A stretch of DNA of 64,000 nucleotides from Candidatus Methylomirabilia bacterium (GTDB lineage Bacteria > Methylomirabilota > Methylomirabilia > Rokubacteriales > CSP1-6). Of this stretch, positions 27,551 through 37,761 are shown one piece after another. How positions within the stretch are numbered: the stretch's first letter is position 1; each line of letters starts with the position of its first letter. The notes beneath the pieces were generated by a model. That model did not search any database, was not told where the DNA came from, and worked only from the letters and a program-made list of their open reading frames with translations. The position numbers were made by a program, and so were the translations under genes. The stretch covers positions 5,276-69,275 of the forward strand of contig JBHIBG010000007.1 of the NCBI GenBank assembly GCA_046758965.1, written 5' to 3'.

Positions 27551-29247
27551 GGTTCACTCCTTCTTTCGGTTAGCGCCAACTCCTCGAGCGCCTGCTCGCG
27601 GAGCTTAGGCTTCTGGACCTTGTCGCCGTGGGGGCCCGGGGTACGGGGAACATCCTTCACGAAGCGGATGTAGCGGGGGATCTTGAAGGATGCGATCTTC
27701 CCCTTACAGTGCGCCATGATGTCGTCTTCGGAAAGGATCTCTCCCTCTCTGGGGATGACATACGCAAAAGCCGCCTCGCCGAGCTTGATGTCGGGGACCC
27801 CCACGACGAAGGCCTGGTGGACCCTCGGGTGGGCCATGAGAAACTCCTCGATCTCCCGCGGCGCCACCATAAAGTGGCTGATCCTGAGCACCTCTCTCAA
27901 CCGGCCCTTGAAGATTGTGCGTCCGGCGTCGTCCTGGAGCGCCAGATCTCCGGTCTTGAACCAGCCGTCGCGGGTGAACGCCTTGGCCGTCTCCTCGGGG
28001 TTCTCGTAGTAGCCCTTGGTGACGACGGGGCCGCGCAGCCAGAGCTCGCCTTCCTCCCCGGGATTGCACGGAGCGGCGGTCTCCGGGTTCACGACCCTCA
28101 CCTCGAGCCCTGGAGCCGGCCAGATGCCCGGCAGCTTCCGGCTCTCCTGGGGTTCATCGAGGTCGTGGAAGAGGGCGAGGGCGTTGACCTCCGTCATCCC
28201 GTACGGCTGGAACGCCTGTCGGATCCCGATCCGTTCCACCGCCAGGTCGAAGAGAGCCTGGGCCCCTCCCGCGGTCATGGCCACTCCGCCGGTTCGGAGG
28301 GTGGAGCGCTCGGAGCGGTCGAGGTCTGGATGCTCCAGGACACCCTGGAGAATGGCATCCACCGCGTTCCAGATCGTGATCCGTTCCTTCTCGATGAGAG
28401 AGAGTGCCTGTCCGGGGTCGAACTGCTCCATCAGAACCAGAGCGGCGCCGTGCGTGAAGGTAGTCAGGGGGATACAGAGTCCGCCCCACGTGCCGGAGAG
28501 AGGGAGGGTGTGGAGCACCCGGTCCTCCGCCGTGACCCGCAGTTGCTCGCCGCAGTTCCAGCCGTGGGGGAGGCAGTTTCGGTGCGTGATCATAGCCCCT
28601 TTGGGAAACGATGTGGTGCCAGAGGTATAGAGGATCATGAGCGTGTCGTCTGGGCCCACCGCCTCCCGGGCCGCCGCGAGCCGGGCGTCCAGGGCCGGGT
28701 CCTCACCCGCCTCGAAGATATCCCGAAGCCGGAGGGTACCGGGATACGGATCCTCGGCATCCACGATCACCCGCCTGAGCAGCGGAAACTTCTCCGCTTG
28801 AAGGTTGCCGGGCTCAGCCTCTCTGAGATCGGGCAGCACCTTATGAAGCACGTCGAAAAAGTCCACGGAAGCCAGGTGGTCGGTGAGGACGAGCGTTGTG
28901 GAATCCGACTGGCCGAGGATGTAAGAGAGCTCGTGCGCCTTGTAGCGAGGGTTCAGCGCCACGACGGTGGCGCCGATCTTGGCGCAGGCGTACTGGCAGA
29001 AGAGCCAGGTCGGCCGGTTGGGGAGCCAGAGGGCTACCTTTTCGTCTTTCCGGATCCCGAGAGCGAGGAGGCCCGAGGCGATCCGCTCCGCCTGATGACC
29101 GAACTCCAGATAGGAGATCCGCTCATCCCCGAGGACGATGGCCTCGCGCTCGTGATGAGCCGTCACCACCTCATCGAGCATCTCCCCGACGGTCTTATCC
29201 CAGAACGGGTTCTCTCGCACGGCGCACTCCGAGGCCGACCCTACCAT
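27547..29247 (-). CDS. AMP-dependent acyl-CoA synthetase/ligase.
   Basis: AMP-binding motif LYTSGTTSFPKGAMITHRN and a C-terminal GWFKTGD...GR motif. Confidence 0.85.
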   Translation of the reverse strand: MVGSASECAVRENPFWDKTVGEMLDEVVTAHHEREAIVLGDERISYLEFGHQAERIASGLLALGIRKDEKVALWLPNRPTWLFCQYACAKIGATVVALNPRYKAHELSYILGQSDSTTLVLTDHLASVDFFDVLHKVLPDLREAEPGNLQAEKFPLLRRVIVDAEDPYPGTLRLRDIFEAGEDPALDARLAAAREAVGPDDTLMILYTSGTTSFPKGAMITHRNCLPHGWNCGEQLRVTAEDRVLHTLPLSGTWGGLCIPLTTFTHGAALVLMEQFDPGQALSLIEKERITIWNAVDAILQGVLEHPDLDRSERSTLRTGGVAMTAGGAQALFDLAVERIGIRQAFQPYGMTEVNALALFHDLDEPQESRKLPGIWPAPGLEVRVVNPETAAPCNPGEEGELWLRGPVVTKGYYENPEETAKAFTRDGWFKTGDLALQDDAGRTIFKGRLREVLRISHFMVAPREIEEFLMAHPRVHQAFVVGVPDIKLGEAAFAYVIPREGEILSEDDIMAHCKGKIASFKIPRYIRFVKDVPRTPGPHGDKVQKPKLREQALEELALTERRSEP

Positions 29248-29366
29248 ATCCCCGCGTGGGCTGTCTATCGGCGGGCGCCAGAGGCAGGTCGCGGTCGTCG
29301 TTTCTTACGCCGAAGAGCCGGCATGCGTTCTTGTCCGCATCGTGCCCGGCGGGCGACCGCAGACGG

Positions 29367-29561
29367 CTACGGGCCAGGCGGCGAGATCTTTCCAGGTGCG
29401 GCCGCTGGGTTCCGCCGGTTCAAGTGGAGCTCCATCGCTTTGACCAGCAGCGCCAGCGCTTCCGGCTCGGTTCGGCCTGTGGCGCGGACGTCCGGGTACG
29501 CGACGGCGGTCGCGACGAACTCTCCACGCTCGTTCTGCTCGACGATGACTTCAAACTTCAT
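29367..29561 (-). CDS. UPF0150/HicB-like small protein.
   Basis: MKFEVIVEQNERGEFVATAVAYPDVRATGRTEPEALALLVKAMELHL follows the HicB/UPF0150 pattern (MKFEVI.E.DEDGGYVA.VPELPGC...G.T.EEAL.N.KEAIELYL). Confidence 0.5.
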   Translation of the reverse strand: MKFEVIVEQNERGEFVATAVAYPDVRATGRTEPEALALLVKAMELHLNRRNPAAAPGKISPPGP

Positions 29562-29595
29562 GCTGTCTTGCAGATCACCGTCCCGCCGGGCCCGG

Positions 29596-32500
29596 TCAGA
29601 GCCGCCCCGCCGCGGAAACCCGGGACTCCCTCAAGCGCTCCGTCAACTTCTCGGCCCGCCCCTTCACCGCCGCCACGTTGTCGAGCTTGATCTCCTCGTA
29701 CCCCCGAATCCCATCCGGGAGCCGGGCGATCTCGGCGACCAGGGGATGGGTGCCGGGGTCGAGGCGGTCCAGGGCGTCCTCGACGAGCGCCGTGTACCAC
29801 GGAATCAGGCGCCGCTCCTCCCGACGCACGCCGGCGTACCCGAAGATATCCCACGGGGTGCCGCGCAAACCCCGCATTCGGCGCAGCATGCGCAGCACGG
29901 GCGTGAACCAGGGACCGAACGCCAGCTTTCGCCTGAGGCCGATCGCTCGCAGCAATGGCGGATGGAAGTTGTAGACGAGGCGACGCGGCTCGACGAAAAG
30001 GCTCCGCGTCTCGGCATGAAATCGCGGTTTCAGGTGGAGGCGCGCGACCTCGTACTCATCCTTGTAGGCCATGAGCTTGTAGAGGTGGCGAATCACCGCG
30101 TGGGTCACCTCGAATCGGCCCTCCACTACCGCCTGCTCGCGCGCGGCCACCCTGAGGACGAACTCCACGTACGCCTCGGGATACCGGGCGTCCTGGTAGT
30201 CGATGAGTTCGGCGATGCGGACCGCCAGCATCCGCCGAGATTCCTCGTCGAGGTGGGCACCACGGTCCAGCAGGGACACGTAGGCGTGGGCGTCGTTGCC
30301 GGAGAGGCGCGCGAGGACCCCGGCTCGCTCATCCTCGAAGCCGCGTCGGGGCGGCTCCGCCAGCGCCCGCACCCCCGCCGGATCCGCCACGTGAAGACGC
30401 CCGTAGCGGAACGCCTGGAGGCTCTGATCCACCTGCACCCGGTTCAGCCGGATCGCGGCCTCGATGCTCCGGGCAGTGAGTGGCAGGAGACCGGACTGAT
30501 AGGCCACGCCGAGGATGAACAGGTTCGTGGTCATGTAGTCGCCGAAGAGGGCCTCGGCGATGCGGCGCCCCTCAACGAAGACGCTCCGCCCCGCGCTGGT
30601 GAATCTGGCGATGGCGCCCTTCATGGCCTCGACTGGTGGGGAGAAGGAGATGTTCCGCACCATCTCGCCGCTGGGGAAGAGCGTGGTGTTGGTGACCGCG
30701 GCTGTTCGGTTGGGATCGCAGCGGTCGAGGTTCGTAGGGTTGGCGGCGGCCATGAGATCAAAGGCGAGGTAGAGATCCGCCGTGCCGGCCCCGACCTTGT
30801 TCGCGGCCAGAGGATGGTCGGGAGCGGCGATAACCAGGCTCGAGAGGACCGGCCCCCACTTCTGGGCCGCCCCGGTCTGGTCGTAGCTCAGGACGCGCTT
30901 GCCGTCGATCAGCGCGGCGTAGCAGAGCAGGGCGTTGATGGTGATCACGCCGGTCCCGCCGACACCCGGAATGTAGATCCGGTACGGCTGGTCCAGCCGG
31001 ACCTTGCGCGCGGGCTCCGGGATTGCCTCGCCGTCCAAAATGGGTGGAGCCGGCCGGCGATACCCTGTTCCCTCCTTGGTCTCTACGCTCACGAAGGACG
31101 GGCAGTCTCCCGCCAGGCACGAGTAGTCCTGGTTGCAGGAGGAGGCGTGGACCTGCGTCTTCAGACCGAACTCCGTGTCCACCGTGGGCAGGGACATGCA
31201 GTTGGTGAGGGCACCGCAGTGCCCGCACCCTTCGCAGACCGCCTCGTTGATCACCACGAACCTGTTGGGGACAGGCAGCTTGCCCCGCTTCCGCCGTCGT
31301 CGCCGCTCGTTGGCGCACATCCCGTCATAGATGAACACGGTCACCCCGGCCTCCCGCTCCAGCTCCTTCAGGACCCGGTCCTGCTGTTCCACGGGGTACG
31401 CCCGGGCGTTGGATGCGAGGCTCGCATTGCGATATGCCTTGGGGTTCTTCGTCACGACGGCGATGCGCCGCACGCCTTCGGTTTCCAGAAGCCGGGTCAG
31501 CTCGGGGATCGGCTTCGCCCCGACCATATCTTGGGCGCCAGTGTTGGCGACGAAGCCGTTGTAGAGGATCTTGAACGTCATGTTCACCCCGGCCGCCACG
31601 CAGAAACGGATGTTCAGGTAGCTCGAGTGAAAGAGCGACCCGTCGCCCACGTTCTGCACCAGGTGCCGGCGATCGGTGAACGGGGCCAGCCCGATCCACG
31701 GAAGACCCTCGCCGCCGAGCTGTGTCATCGAGACGATGTGGCGCTCCGGCTGCTCGATGATGGAGGCAAAGGAGTGGCAGCCAGGGCTCCCCCAGGCCAC
31801 CTGCCCGTCCAGCAGGCGGGTGGAGATGTTGTGCGGGCAGCCCGAGCAGTAGTTGGGGGTGCGCATCGGCAGGGTGTCGTACCGGCGCTCCCGGATCCCC
31901 CGCAGCTCGGCCAGGCGGCCAAGGATCCCCGGGTGATCGCCGGCAAGCTTGAGGAGGCGAGGACCCAGGCGCTCAGCCACGAGATCGCTATCCATCCCGC
32001 CCTGAATCGGGAAGAGCGGGGCCCCGCTCTCGTCAGACTTCCCCACGACGCGCGGCGCGTGCGGGAGGCTGCAGAGCGCCTCCTTCACCTGGGCTTCCAA
32101 GAAGCCGCGCTTCTCCTCGACGACGATGATCTCGTCCAGGCCGCCGGCGAACTCGCGCACGAGGTCGGCATCGACCGGGTAGATCAGGCCGACCTGGAGC
32201 AGCCGGATGCCGACGCCCCGCAGGGTGTGGTCGTCCAGCCGCAGCTCCAGCAGCGCCTGGCGAGTGTCGGCGTAGCTCTTGCCGGCGGTGATGATGCCCA
32301 GCCGGTCGCGCGCCGACCGGACGACGACCCGATCGAGCTTGTTGGCCCGCGCGTAGGCGAGCACGGCCTGGTGGCGCTCGTAGTAGAGCTGCCGCTCCGT
32401 CTCGATGTTCATGCCGGGGAAGAAGGTGAAGTCCGTCGCCTTCTTGAAGGGCCGCCCCCAGAACGCGAGCTCGGGAATGACCACCGACGGCCGCTCAGGG

Positions 32501-33153
32501 CCGACCTCCACGGTCTCCCCCCCGTCGGCCAGCGCTCCGACCAGCTTCATCGCCACCCAGCAGCCGCTGAAGCGAGACATTGCGATGGCGTGAAGACCCA
32601 TCTCCAGGAACTCCGCCACGGACGCCGGGTACACGACGGGGATGCCGGCGCTCAGGAAGGCGTAATCGTCCTGGTAGGGGACGGTGGAGCTCTTGGCCTC
32701 GTGATCCTCGCCGCTCAGGATGACGACGGCGCCGTGGCGGCTGGTCCCGGCGAAGTTCCCGTGCTTCAAGGCGTCGCCACTCCGGTCAACGCCCGGCCCC
32801 TTGCCGTACCAGATGGCGACCACCCCCTCGTAACGGGAGTGGGGGTAGGTATCCAGCATCTGCGTGCCGCTGATGGCGGTGGCGGCCAGCTCCTCGTTCG
32901 CGCCGGGCACGTGCAGGACGTCATGTCGCTCCAGGAGCGCGCGCGCCTGTTGCAGCGCCAGGTCGTACCCTCCGAGCGGCGACCCCGGATAGCCACTGAT
33001 GAAGGTGCCGATGGAGAGCCCCGCACGGCGGTCCCGGCGGCTCTGCTCGAGAGGCAGGCGCACCAGCGCCTGCAGGCCGCTGAGGTAGACGATTCCTTCT
33101 TCTTGAAGGTACCGATCGTCCAATGTGACATCCTTCGTCGTGCGCCCGGTCAT
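29596..33153 (-). CDS. Fused alpha-beta indolepyruvate:ferredoxin oxidoreductase family protein (2-oxoacid:ferredoxin oxidoreductase, about 1185 aa).
   Basis: N-terminal TPP/pyrimidine domains, a 4Fe-4S ferredoxin insert CEGCGHCGALTNC...CNQDYSCLAGDCPSF, and a C-terminal IorB-like domain. The length matches single-chain IOR fusions. Confidence 0.85.
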   Translation of the reverse strand: MTGRTTKDVTLDDRYLQEEGIVYLSGLQALVRLPLEQSRRDRRAGLSIGTFISGYPGSPLGGYDLALQQARALLERHDVLHVPGANEELAATAISGTQMLDTYPHSRYEGVVAIWYGKGPGVDRSGDALKHGNFAGTSRHGAVVILSGEDHEAKSSTVPYQDDYAFLSAGIPVVYPASVAEFLEMGLHAIAMSRFSGCWVAMKLVGALADGGETVEVGPERPSVVIPELAFWGRPFKKATDFTFFPGMNIETERQLYYERHQAVLAYARANKLDRVVVRSARDRLGIITAGKSYADTRQALLELRLDDHTLRGVGIRLLQVGLIYPVDADLVREFAGGLDEIIVVEEKRGFLEAQVKEALCSLPHAPRVVGKSDESGAPLFPIQGGMDSDLVAERLGPRLLKLAGDHPGILGRLAELRGIRERRYDTLPMRTPNYCSGCPHNISTRLLDGQVAWGSPGCHSFASIIEQPERHIVSMTQLGGEGLPWIGLAPFTDRRHLVQNVGDGSLFHSSYLNIRFCVAAGVNMTFKILYNGFVANTGAQDMVGAKPIPELTRLLETEGVRRIAVVTKNPKAYRNASLASNARAYPVEQQDRVLKELEREAGVTVFIYDGMCANERRRRRKRGKLPVPNRFVVINEAVCEGCGHCGALTNCMSLPTVDTEFGLKTQVHASSCNQDYSCLAGDCPSFVSVETKEGTGYRRPAPPILDGEAIPEPARKVRLDQPYRIYIPGVGGTGVITINALLCYAALIDGKRVLSYDQTGAAQKWGPVLSSLVIAAPDHPLAANKVGAGTADLYLAFDLMAAANPTNLDRCDPNRTAAVTNTTLFPSGEMVRNISFSPPVEAMKGAIARFTSAGRSVFVEGRRIAEALFGDYMTTNLFILGVAYQSGLLPLTARSIEAAIRLNRVQVDQSLQAFRYGRLHVADPAGVRALAEPPRRGFEDERAGVLARLSGNDAHAYVSLLDRGAHLDEESRRMLAVRIAELIDYQDARYPEAYVEFVLRVAAREQAVVEGRFEVTHAVIRHLYKLMAYKDEYEVARLHLKPRFHAETRSLFVEPRRLVYNFHPPLLRAIGLRRKLAFGPWFTPVLRMLRRMRGLRGTPWDIFGYAGVRREERRLIPWYTALVEDALDRLDPGTHPLVAEIARLPDGIRGYEEIKLDNVAAVKGRAEKLTERLRESRVSAAGRL

Positions 33154-33469
33154 CGCGCCCTCCGTTCACTCATCCAGGTAGGCCTGGGCCACAGTCGCGA
33201 CGCGGAGAACTCTCAGGGAGTTCCTGCTCTGCGCAGATACCATAGCCTCTTCCCTTGGCGTGCGCGGAGCGAGCGGAGCCCGAGTGGTGAAGCCACGTAA
33301 GCCCGTGTTTTGATGGCTCATTCTGAACGATACCGGTCCATCGCGTCCTCGTCCGAGTCACTCCGAGTTTACTGAATTTCGCTCGGCTCCGATCCGAAAA
33401 GTGAGCGGCGCTGTGATCGGCCGGTCGCCTCCGATGGGGGTGATCTGGTGTTCGGCGAGAAGAAGGGAG

Positions 33470-33895
33470 CTACAAGGCGTCGGCAGGGAAAAGGAAGACC
33501 CGCGTTCGGCGGACGGCGATCCCCTCGGCGGGTCCCTGCGCCGCGTGAGCGATCACCACGCGCAACCCTCTCCGGGCGGTGACGAGCACGAGCTCTGCCT
33601 CCCCCGGGCGCACCTGCCAGGCGCGGTCTCCGGCCCTCAGCGGGCGGCTGACGACGACGGCGACCCATCCGCTCACCGGTCGCCACCACGCGCGGACCGG
33701 CGGAAACGAGGCGCCGATGGCGGCCAGCGCGGCGGCCAGCGTTGCCTGGGCCGTTCCGCCGGCGTCAGGGAGCAGGAGCGCCGTGCCGGCCCAAAGAAGA
33801 ATCCACACGGCCGCGGCATCCAGCCAGCGGAGCCAGCGGACACGGTCGGTCCAGCGGTCAATGGCGGCGGGAAGAGGCTTGATCGGCGTTCGCAT
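33470..33895 (-). CDS. Hypothetical membrane protein (NfeD-like architecture: two TM helices plus a C-terminal beta-rich domain).
   Basis: Hydrophobic segments AAAVWILLWAGTALLL and LAAALAAIGASF are followed by a beta-strand-rich tail. This is the only coherent ORF in the 800-bp gap upstream of the IOR gene. The call is weak. Confidence 0.35.
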   Translation of the reverse strand: MRTPIKPLPAAIDRWTDRVRWLRWLDAAAVWILLWAGTALLLPDAGGTAQATLAAALAAIGASFPPVRAWWRPVSGWVAVVVSRPLRAGDRAWQVRPGEAELVLVTARRGLRVVIAHAAQGPAEGIAVRRTRVFLFPADAL

Positions 33896-33946
33896 CGCGT
33901 CGGCGTTTTCAGTCTAGCACAGATGCGCGGGTGAGACACTGCTCCC

Positions 33947-34978
33947 ATGAAATCTCCTTGCGGTCCCTTGCATCCTTACAGTAGGATGGGCAGAGGTGTA
34001 GAGCATGCACGCGTGGCGATCTTTCAGAGTAGGGAAGAGATAGGTCCGGCGGTGCGCGGGGCGCTTCTGCTGCTTGCCGGGATCTGGCTTGCTGGATGCG
34101 CCTCTGCCGGTTCTGGAGGAGTTCCCTCTCCCGCGTCGGATATCACATCGCCGCCAGCAGTCGCGGCACGAGAGCCGGTCGCGTCCACGCTCGGAGTGTC
34201 AGCTCAGGAGCAGCCGGAGTGGGCGGCGTTCGGTCTTTCGGGGCCGCCAGCATGGTGGGAAATAGGGCCCGCCAACCCGCGCAGGGATGCGCCCCGCATG
34301 TTCATCCTTGAGGCCTCGGCGCATGAAGGGTCTCGGCCGGTCCAGCTGAAGTTGGAGCTGGAGAAAGAGGAGGAAGTGGGGGCGCACGATCCATTCGAGC
34401 CGTTCAACCAGGCGATGTTTGGCTTCAACCGGCAGGTCGACCACTTCGTCCTCAAGCCCGTCGCGATTATGTACGATGCGGTCCTTCCCGATCTTGTCCA
34501 GGGTAGCCTCCGCAACGTGTTCCAGAATATCGGCGTGGTCCCCCGTGTGGTGAACAACGCGCTTCAGCTGAAGTTCGGGGGCATGACCCGTGAACTGAGT
34601 CGCTTCGTCCTCAACAGCACCGTGGGGATCGCCGGGCTGTTCGATTTCGCCAAGCTCGTTGGCGTGGAGACGAGCCAGGAGGACACCGGCCAGACGCTGG
34701 GCGTGTACGGGGTGGCGCCGGGACCGTACGTGGTCTTGCCGTTTCTGCCCCCGTTCACGGTTCGTGACGGCTTCGGCGCCGTGGTTGACATCTTCCTTAA
34801 CCCCCTGATCTACTTCGCCCCCTTCGCGGCCACGGCTAGCATCAGAGCCACCGACACCGTCAATGAGCGCTCGTTGAACCTCGAGCTCTACGAAGGTGTC
34901 GAGGAGGCGGCGCTCGACCTCTACACGGCGGTCAAGGACGGCTACCTCCAACGGAGGCGTAGCGCGATTTCGGAGTAG
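33947..34978 (+). CDS. mlaA: MlaA/VacJ family outer-membrane lipoprotein.
   Basis: Lipobox LLAGIWLAGCAS. Family signature DPFEPFNQAMFGFNRQVD (DP.E..NR.MF.FN). The start is uncertain and several in-frame starts exist. Confidence 0.7.
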   Translation: MKSPCGPLHPYSRMGRGVEHARVAIFQSREEIGPAVRGALLLLAGIWLAGCASAGSGGVPSPASDITSPPAVAAREPVASTLGVSAQEQPEWAAFGLSGPPAWWEIGPANPRRDAPRMFILEASAHEGSRPVQLKLELEKEEEVGAHDPFEPFNQAMFGFNRQVDHFVLKPVAIMYDAVLPDLVQGSLRNVFQNIGVVPRVVNNALQLKFGGMTRELSRFVLNSTVGIAGLFDFAKLVGVETSQEDTGQTLGVYGVAPGPYVVLPFLPPFTVRDGFGAVVDIFLNPLIYFAPFAATASIRATDTVNERSLNLELYEGVEEAALDLYTAVKDGYLQRRRSAISE

Positions 34979-34992
34979 CGCGCGCTCCGACC

Positions 34993-36297
34993 TCACATCA
35001 CGCCGCGCGCCCTGAGCCCTGCCAGCGTCTCGCGCCCGTACCCGAGATACTTGGCGTAGATGTGGGCGTTGTCCTGTCCGGGCTTGCGGCACGCCCACTT
35101 GAGTCGCGGAGGGGAGGCGCTCAGCTTCTGGAAGGGGAGCTGGATCAGGAGATCGCCGTAGGTCGGATCAGAGAAGATCGCCAGGGTGCCCCGCTCCCGG
35201 TAGTGTTCGTTCAGAACCACATCCCGGGGGTCGACGACCCGTCCGGCCACCATGACCCCGCCCTCGATGAGCCGATTCTGATCCTCGAATCGTGCGACGA
35301 TCTCCTCAAAGGTCAGCGTGGTGGTCCAGGCCTCGATCTCCTGGTGCAGGCGGCTCTGCACCTCGAGAGGTCGCCGCGAGGAGATTGACGGGTACTGCTC
35401 GATGAGGCCGGGCCGGTTCATGAGCCGGCACAGGGCCTGCCAGGCCGGCTCCATCACGGCGGCGAGCAGGAGGTAGCCGTCCTTGCACCGGACGTACGTG
35501 TACGGAAAGATGGCGGTGTCATAGTTTCCCACCCGGGAACGGACGACTCCATCCAGCTCCCACCAGGCCACGCTGAGATCGGCGCTCCGCATCAAGGCTT
35601 CGGCGGGGGAGACGTCCACGAACTGACCGATCCCGGTGAGGGCTCGGAAATGCACGGCCACGAGGATTCCGAACGCCCCCCAAAGCCCGCCCAGCGTCCA
35701 GCCGTGCCAGCTCCCTTGCCGCGTGGGCACGGCGGAGGGGTCCGCATCCACGCCGGGTGGGGAACCGGTGATGAAGGTGACCCCGGAGAGGGCCTGGTCC
35801 GCGATATCGGCATTGGGCTGGCCGCAGCCAGCGCGCGGGCCGAACTGGCCGTACGTATAGAGCGCGCAGTAGATCAGCCGGGGATTGTGCTCCGAAAGCT
35901 GCCGGTAGCCGAGCCCCCAGGAATCCATCTGGCCGGGCAAGAAGGTCTCGATGAGCACGTCGGCCCGCCGGGAGAGCGTCTCCAGGATCCGGCGCCCCTC
36001 CTCGCTCTCCAGGCTCAGGGTGATATGGAGCTTGTTTCTCCCCTCCACGAGGTAGCCGAGGCCGGTCCCGTCGTGGAGCAAGCCAAACGGTGTGAAGCGA
36101 CGGGCTGGGTCTCCTTCGGGAGGCTCGATCCGAACCACCTCGGCGCCCAGCTCCGCAAGGAATGACGACGCCACCAGGCCGGCCATGCTGGCTCGGGAGC
36201 AGTCCAGCACCAGGAGGTCGGCGAGGGCCTCGGCCTTCTTGAATGCTGTCTTGGGATCGTCGAGGGTCCGGATCCAGTCGGGCCAGGAGTCGTTCAT
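34993..36297 (-). CDS. Family III CoA-transferase (CaiB/BaiF).
   Basis: LVLDCSRASMAGLVASSFLAELGAEVVRIEPPEGDPARRF. The start was chosen at the Met (MNDSW...) just below the upstream gene's stop; ORF 34993..36390 extends further. Confidence 0.85.
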   Translation of the reverse strand: MNDSWPDWIRTLDDPKTAFKKAEALADLLVLDCSRASMAGLVASSFLAELGAEVVRIEPPEGDPARRFTPFGLLHDGTGLGYLVEGRNKLHITLSLESEEGRRILETLSRRADVLIETFLPGQMDSWGLGYRQLSEHNPRLIYCALYTYGQFGPRAGCGQPNADIADQALSGVTFITGSPPGVDADPSAVPTRQGSWHGWTLGGLWGAFGILVAVHFRALTGIGQFVDVSPAEALMRSADLSVAWWELDGVVRSRVGNYDTAIFPYTYVRCKDGYLLLAAVMEPAWQALCRLMNRPGLIEQYPSISSRRPLEVQSRLHQEIEAWTTTLTFEEIVARFEDQNRLIEGGVMVAGRVVDPRDVVLNEHYRERGTLAIFSDPTYGDLLIQLPFQKLSASPPRLKWACRKPGQDNAHIYAKYLGYGRETLAGLRARGVM

Positions 36298-36301
36298 GAG
36301 A

Positions 36302-37630
36302 TCAAAGGGCTTTGCCCTCGCCCTGCCAATCGTCGGGAGGCTTCTGGCCTGGACGGTCCGCCCACTGGCCGATGATCCCGGCCGCCTCAAGGTCGTTCAA
36401 CTCTGCTCGTGAGAGGCCCAGAAGGCCCCGGAGGATGAAGTCGTTGTCCGCGCCGATGGGCTTGATGGCCCACTTGATCCGTCCCGGGGTCGCCGAAAGC
36501 TTCGCTGCCGGGCCGCCCAGCGGGAATTTTCCGTATATCGGGTCGTCGTGGCGCCAGAGGGCGCGCCTGGCAGCCAGGTGAGGTTCCTTGGCGTGGTCCC
36601 TGCCGCTCGCCACCGGAGCGGCAGCGAAGCCGTGGCGGTCGCCGAGTGCGACCAGCTCTGCAATGGTTCGCTGCTTCGCCCAAGCCCGGATGAGAGCCAG
36701 GAGCGTCTCGCTGTTGTCGTGCCGGGCGCGGGCCAGCTGCGTTTGGTACGGTGAATGTTCGGCCAGGTCAGGCTGCCCCATCGCGGCGGCCAGGCCCCTG
36801 AAGGCCTCATCCGTGGGGGCCGAGATGGCGATAAACCCGTCGGTCGCCTCGACGATGTCTGAGGGGACGATGGCAGGATCAGCGTTCCCGTAGCGGCCCC
36901 GGTGCTGGTTCGTGAGACCGTGGAAGACCCAGGTCCAGTCCAGGAACCGGATCAGCGCCTCCACCTGAGCGATCTCGATGAACTGGCCCTCACCGGTGCG
37001 CTGCCGGTGGTGCAAGGCGGCCAGAATCGTGGCGGCGGCGGCAATGGCTCCCAGGTAGTCCCCGACGTACCCTCCGCTCTTGAGGGGCGGCCGGGTGGAG
37101 AACCCCGTGATGGCGGCCATTCCGCTCTCCCCCTGGGCGATGGCATCGTAGGAAGGGCGTCCTGCCCCGTAACTGCCCCACTGCCCGAAGCCGTTGTGGG
37201 CCGAGTAGATCAGGCGGGGATTCACCTCGCGGAGTCGTCGGTAGCCGATCCCCCACCGCTCCAACGTGCCTGCCCTGAAGTTCTCCACCACCACGTCCGC
37301 CTTCGCCGCTAGCTGTCTGAACAAGGCAGCACCCTCGGGCTTCCGCACATCGAGCCCGACGAAGTACTTGTTCTTCGGCTCGCTCAGGCCGATCAGCGAC
37401 ATGTTCTGGTGGTAGCTGGGACCGAGTGCCCGGATGGTGTCGCCAACTCCGGGGATCTCGACTTTGAGGACCTCCGCTCCGTACTCGGCCAGATACGTGG
37501 TGGTAGTCGGGCCGAGGAAGATGGTACCGAGGTCAATGACCCGGAGGCCACGCAGCGCCTCCGGCTTCGTGAAGATTTTCGTGGGATCGAAGAGGGCAGA
37601 GGTCCACTGGAAATACCCGGGGACAGTCAT
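36302..37630 (-). CDS. Family III CoA-transferase (CaiB/BaiF).
   Basis: LRVIDLGTIFLGPTTTTYLAEYGAEVLKVEIPGVGD. The catalytic Asp context GDYLGA is present. Confidence 0.85.
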   Translation of the reverse strand: MTVPGYFQWTSALFDPTKIFTKPEALRGLRVIDLGTIFLGPTTTTYLAEYGAEVLKVEIPGVGDTIRALGPSYHQNMSLIGLSEPKNKYFVGLDVRKPEGAALFRQLAAKADVVVENFRAGTLERWGIGYRRLREVNPRLIYSAHNGFGQWGSYGAGRPSYDAIAQGESGMAAITGFSTRPPLKSGGYVGDYLGAIAAAATILAALHHRQRTGEGQFIEIAQVEALIRFLDWTWVFHGLTNQHRGRYGNADPAIVPSDIVEATDGFIAISAPTDEAFRGLAAAMGQPDLAEHSPYQTQLARARHDNSETLLALIRAWAKQRTIAELVALGDRHGFAAAPVASGRDHAKEPHLAARRALWRHDDPIYGKFPLGGPAAKLSATPGRIKWAIKPIGADNDFILRGLLGLSRAELNDLEAAGIIGQWADRPGQKPPDDWQGEGKAL

Positions 37631-37761
37631 GGCTCCACGACTCTAGCAGACCTGGCGCTCCCCAATCAATGGGCGTTCAGCCCAATTCCTTCAGTCCGAC
37701 TCGCCACGCTGGCGTTCGCTTCAGTATCCGATCCAGGTATACTCACCCCGGGGTAGCAGCG

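Noticed and set aside
29248-29600. HicA toxin partner for the HicB-like ORF.
   Set aside because: The flanking gaps (about 120 nt and about 35 nt) cannot hold a 60-aa ORF, and no overlapping frame shows a YcfA/HicA-like sequence.
27628-33300. A 1890-aa ORF on the + strand; also the 748-aa (2005..4251, -) and 716-aa (3860..6010, -) ORFs.
   Set aside because: They are entirely antisense to well-supported genes (IOR, ligase and ABC genes). Their composition is Arg/Gly/Pro-rich low complexity, typical of stop-codon-poor high-GC antisense frames. They have no motifs.
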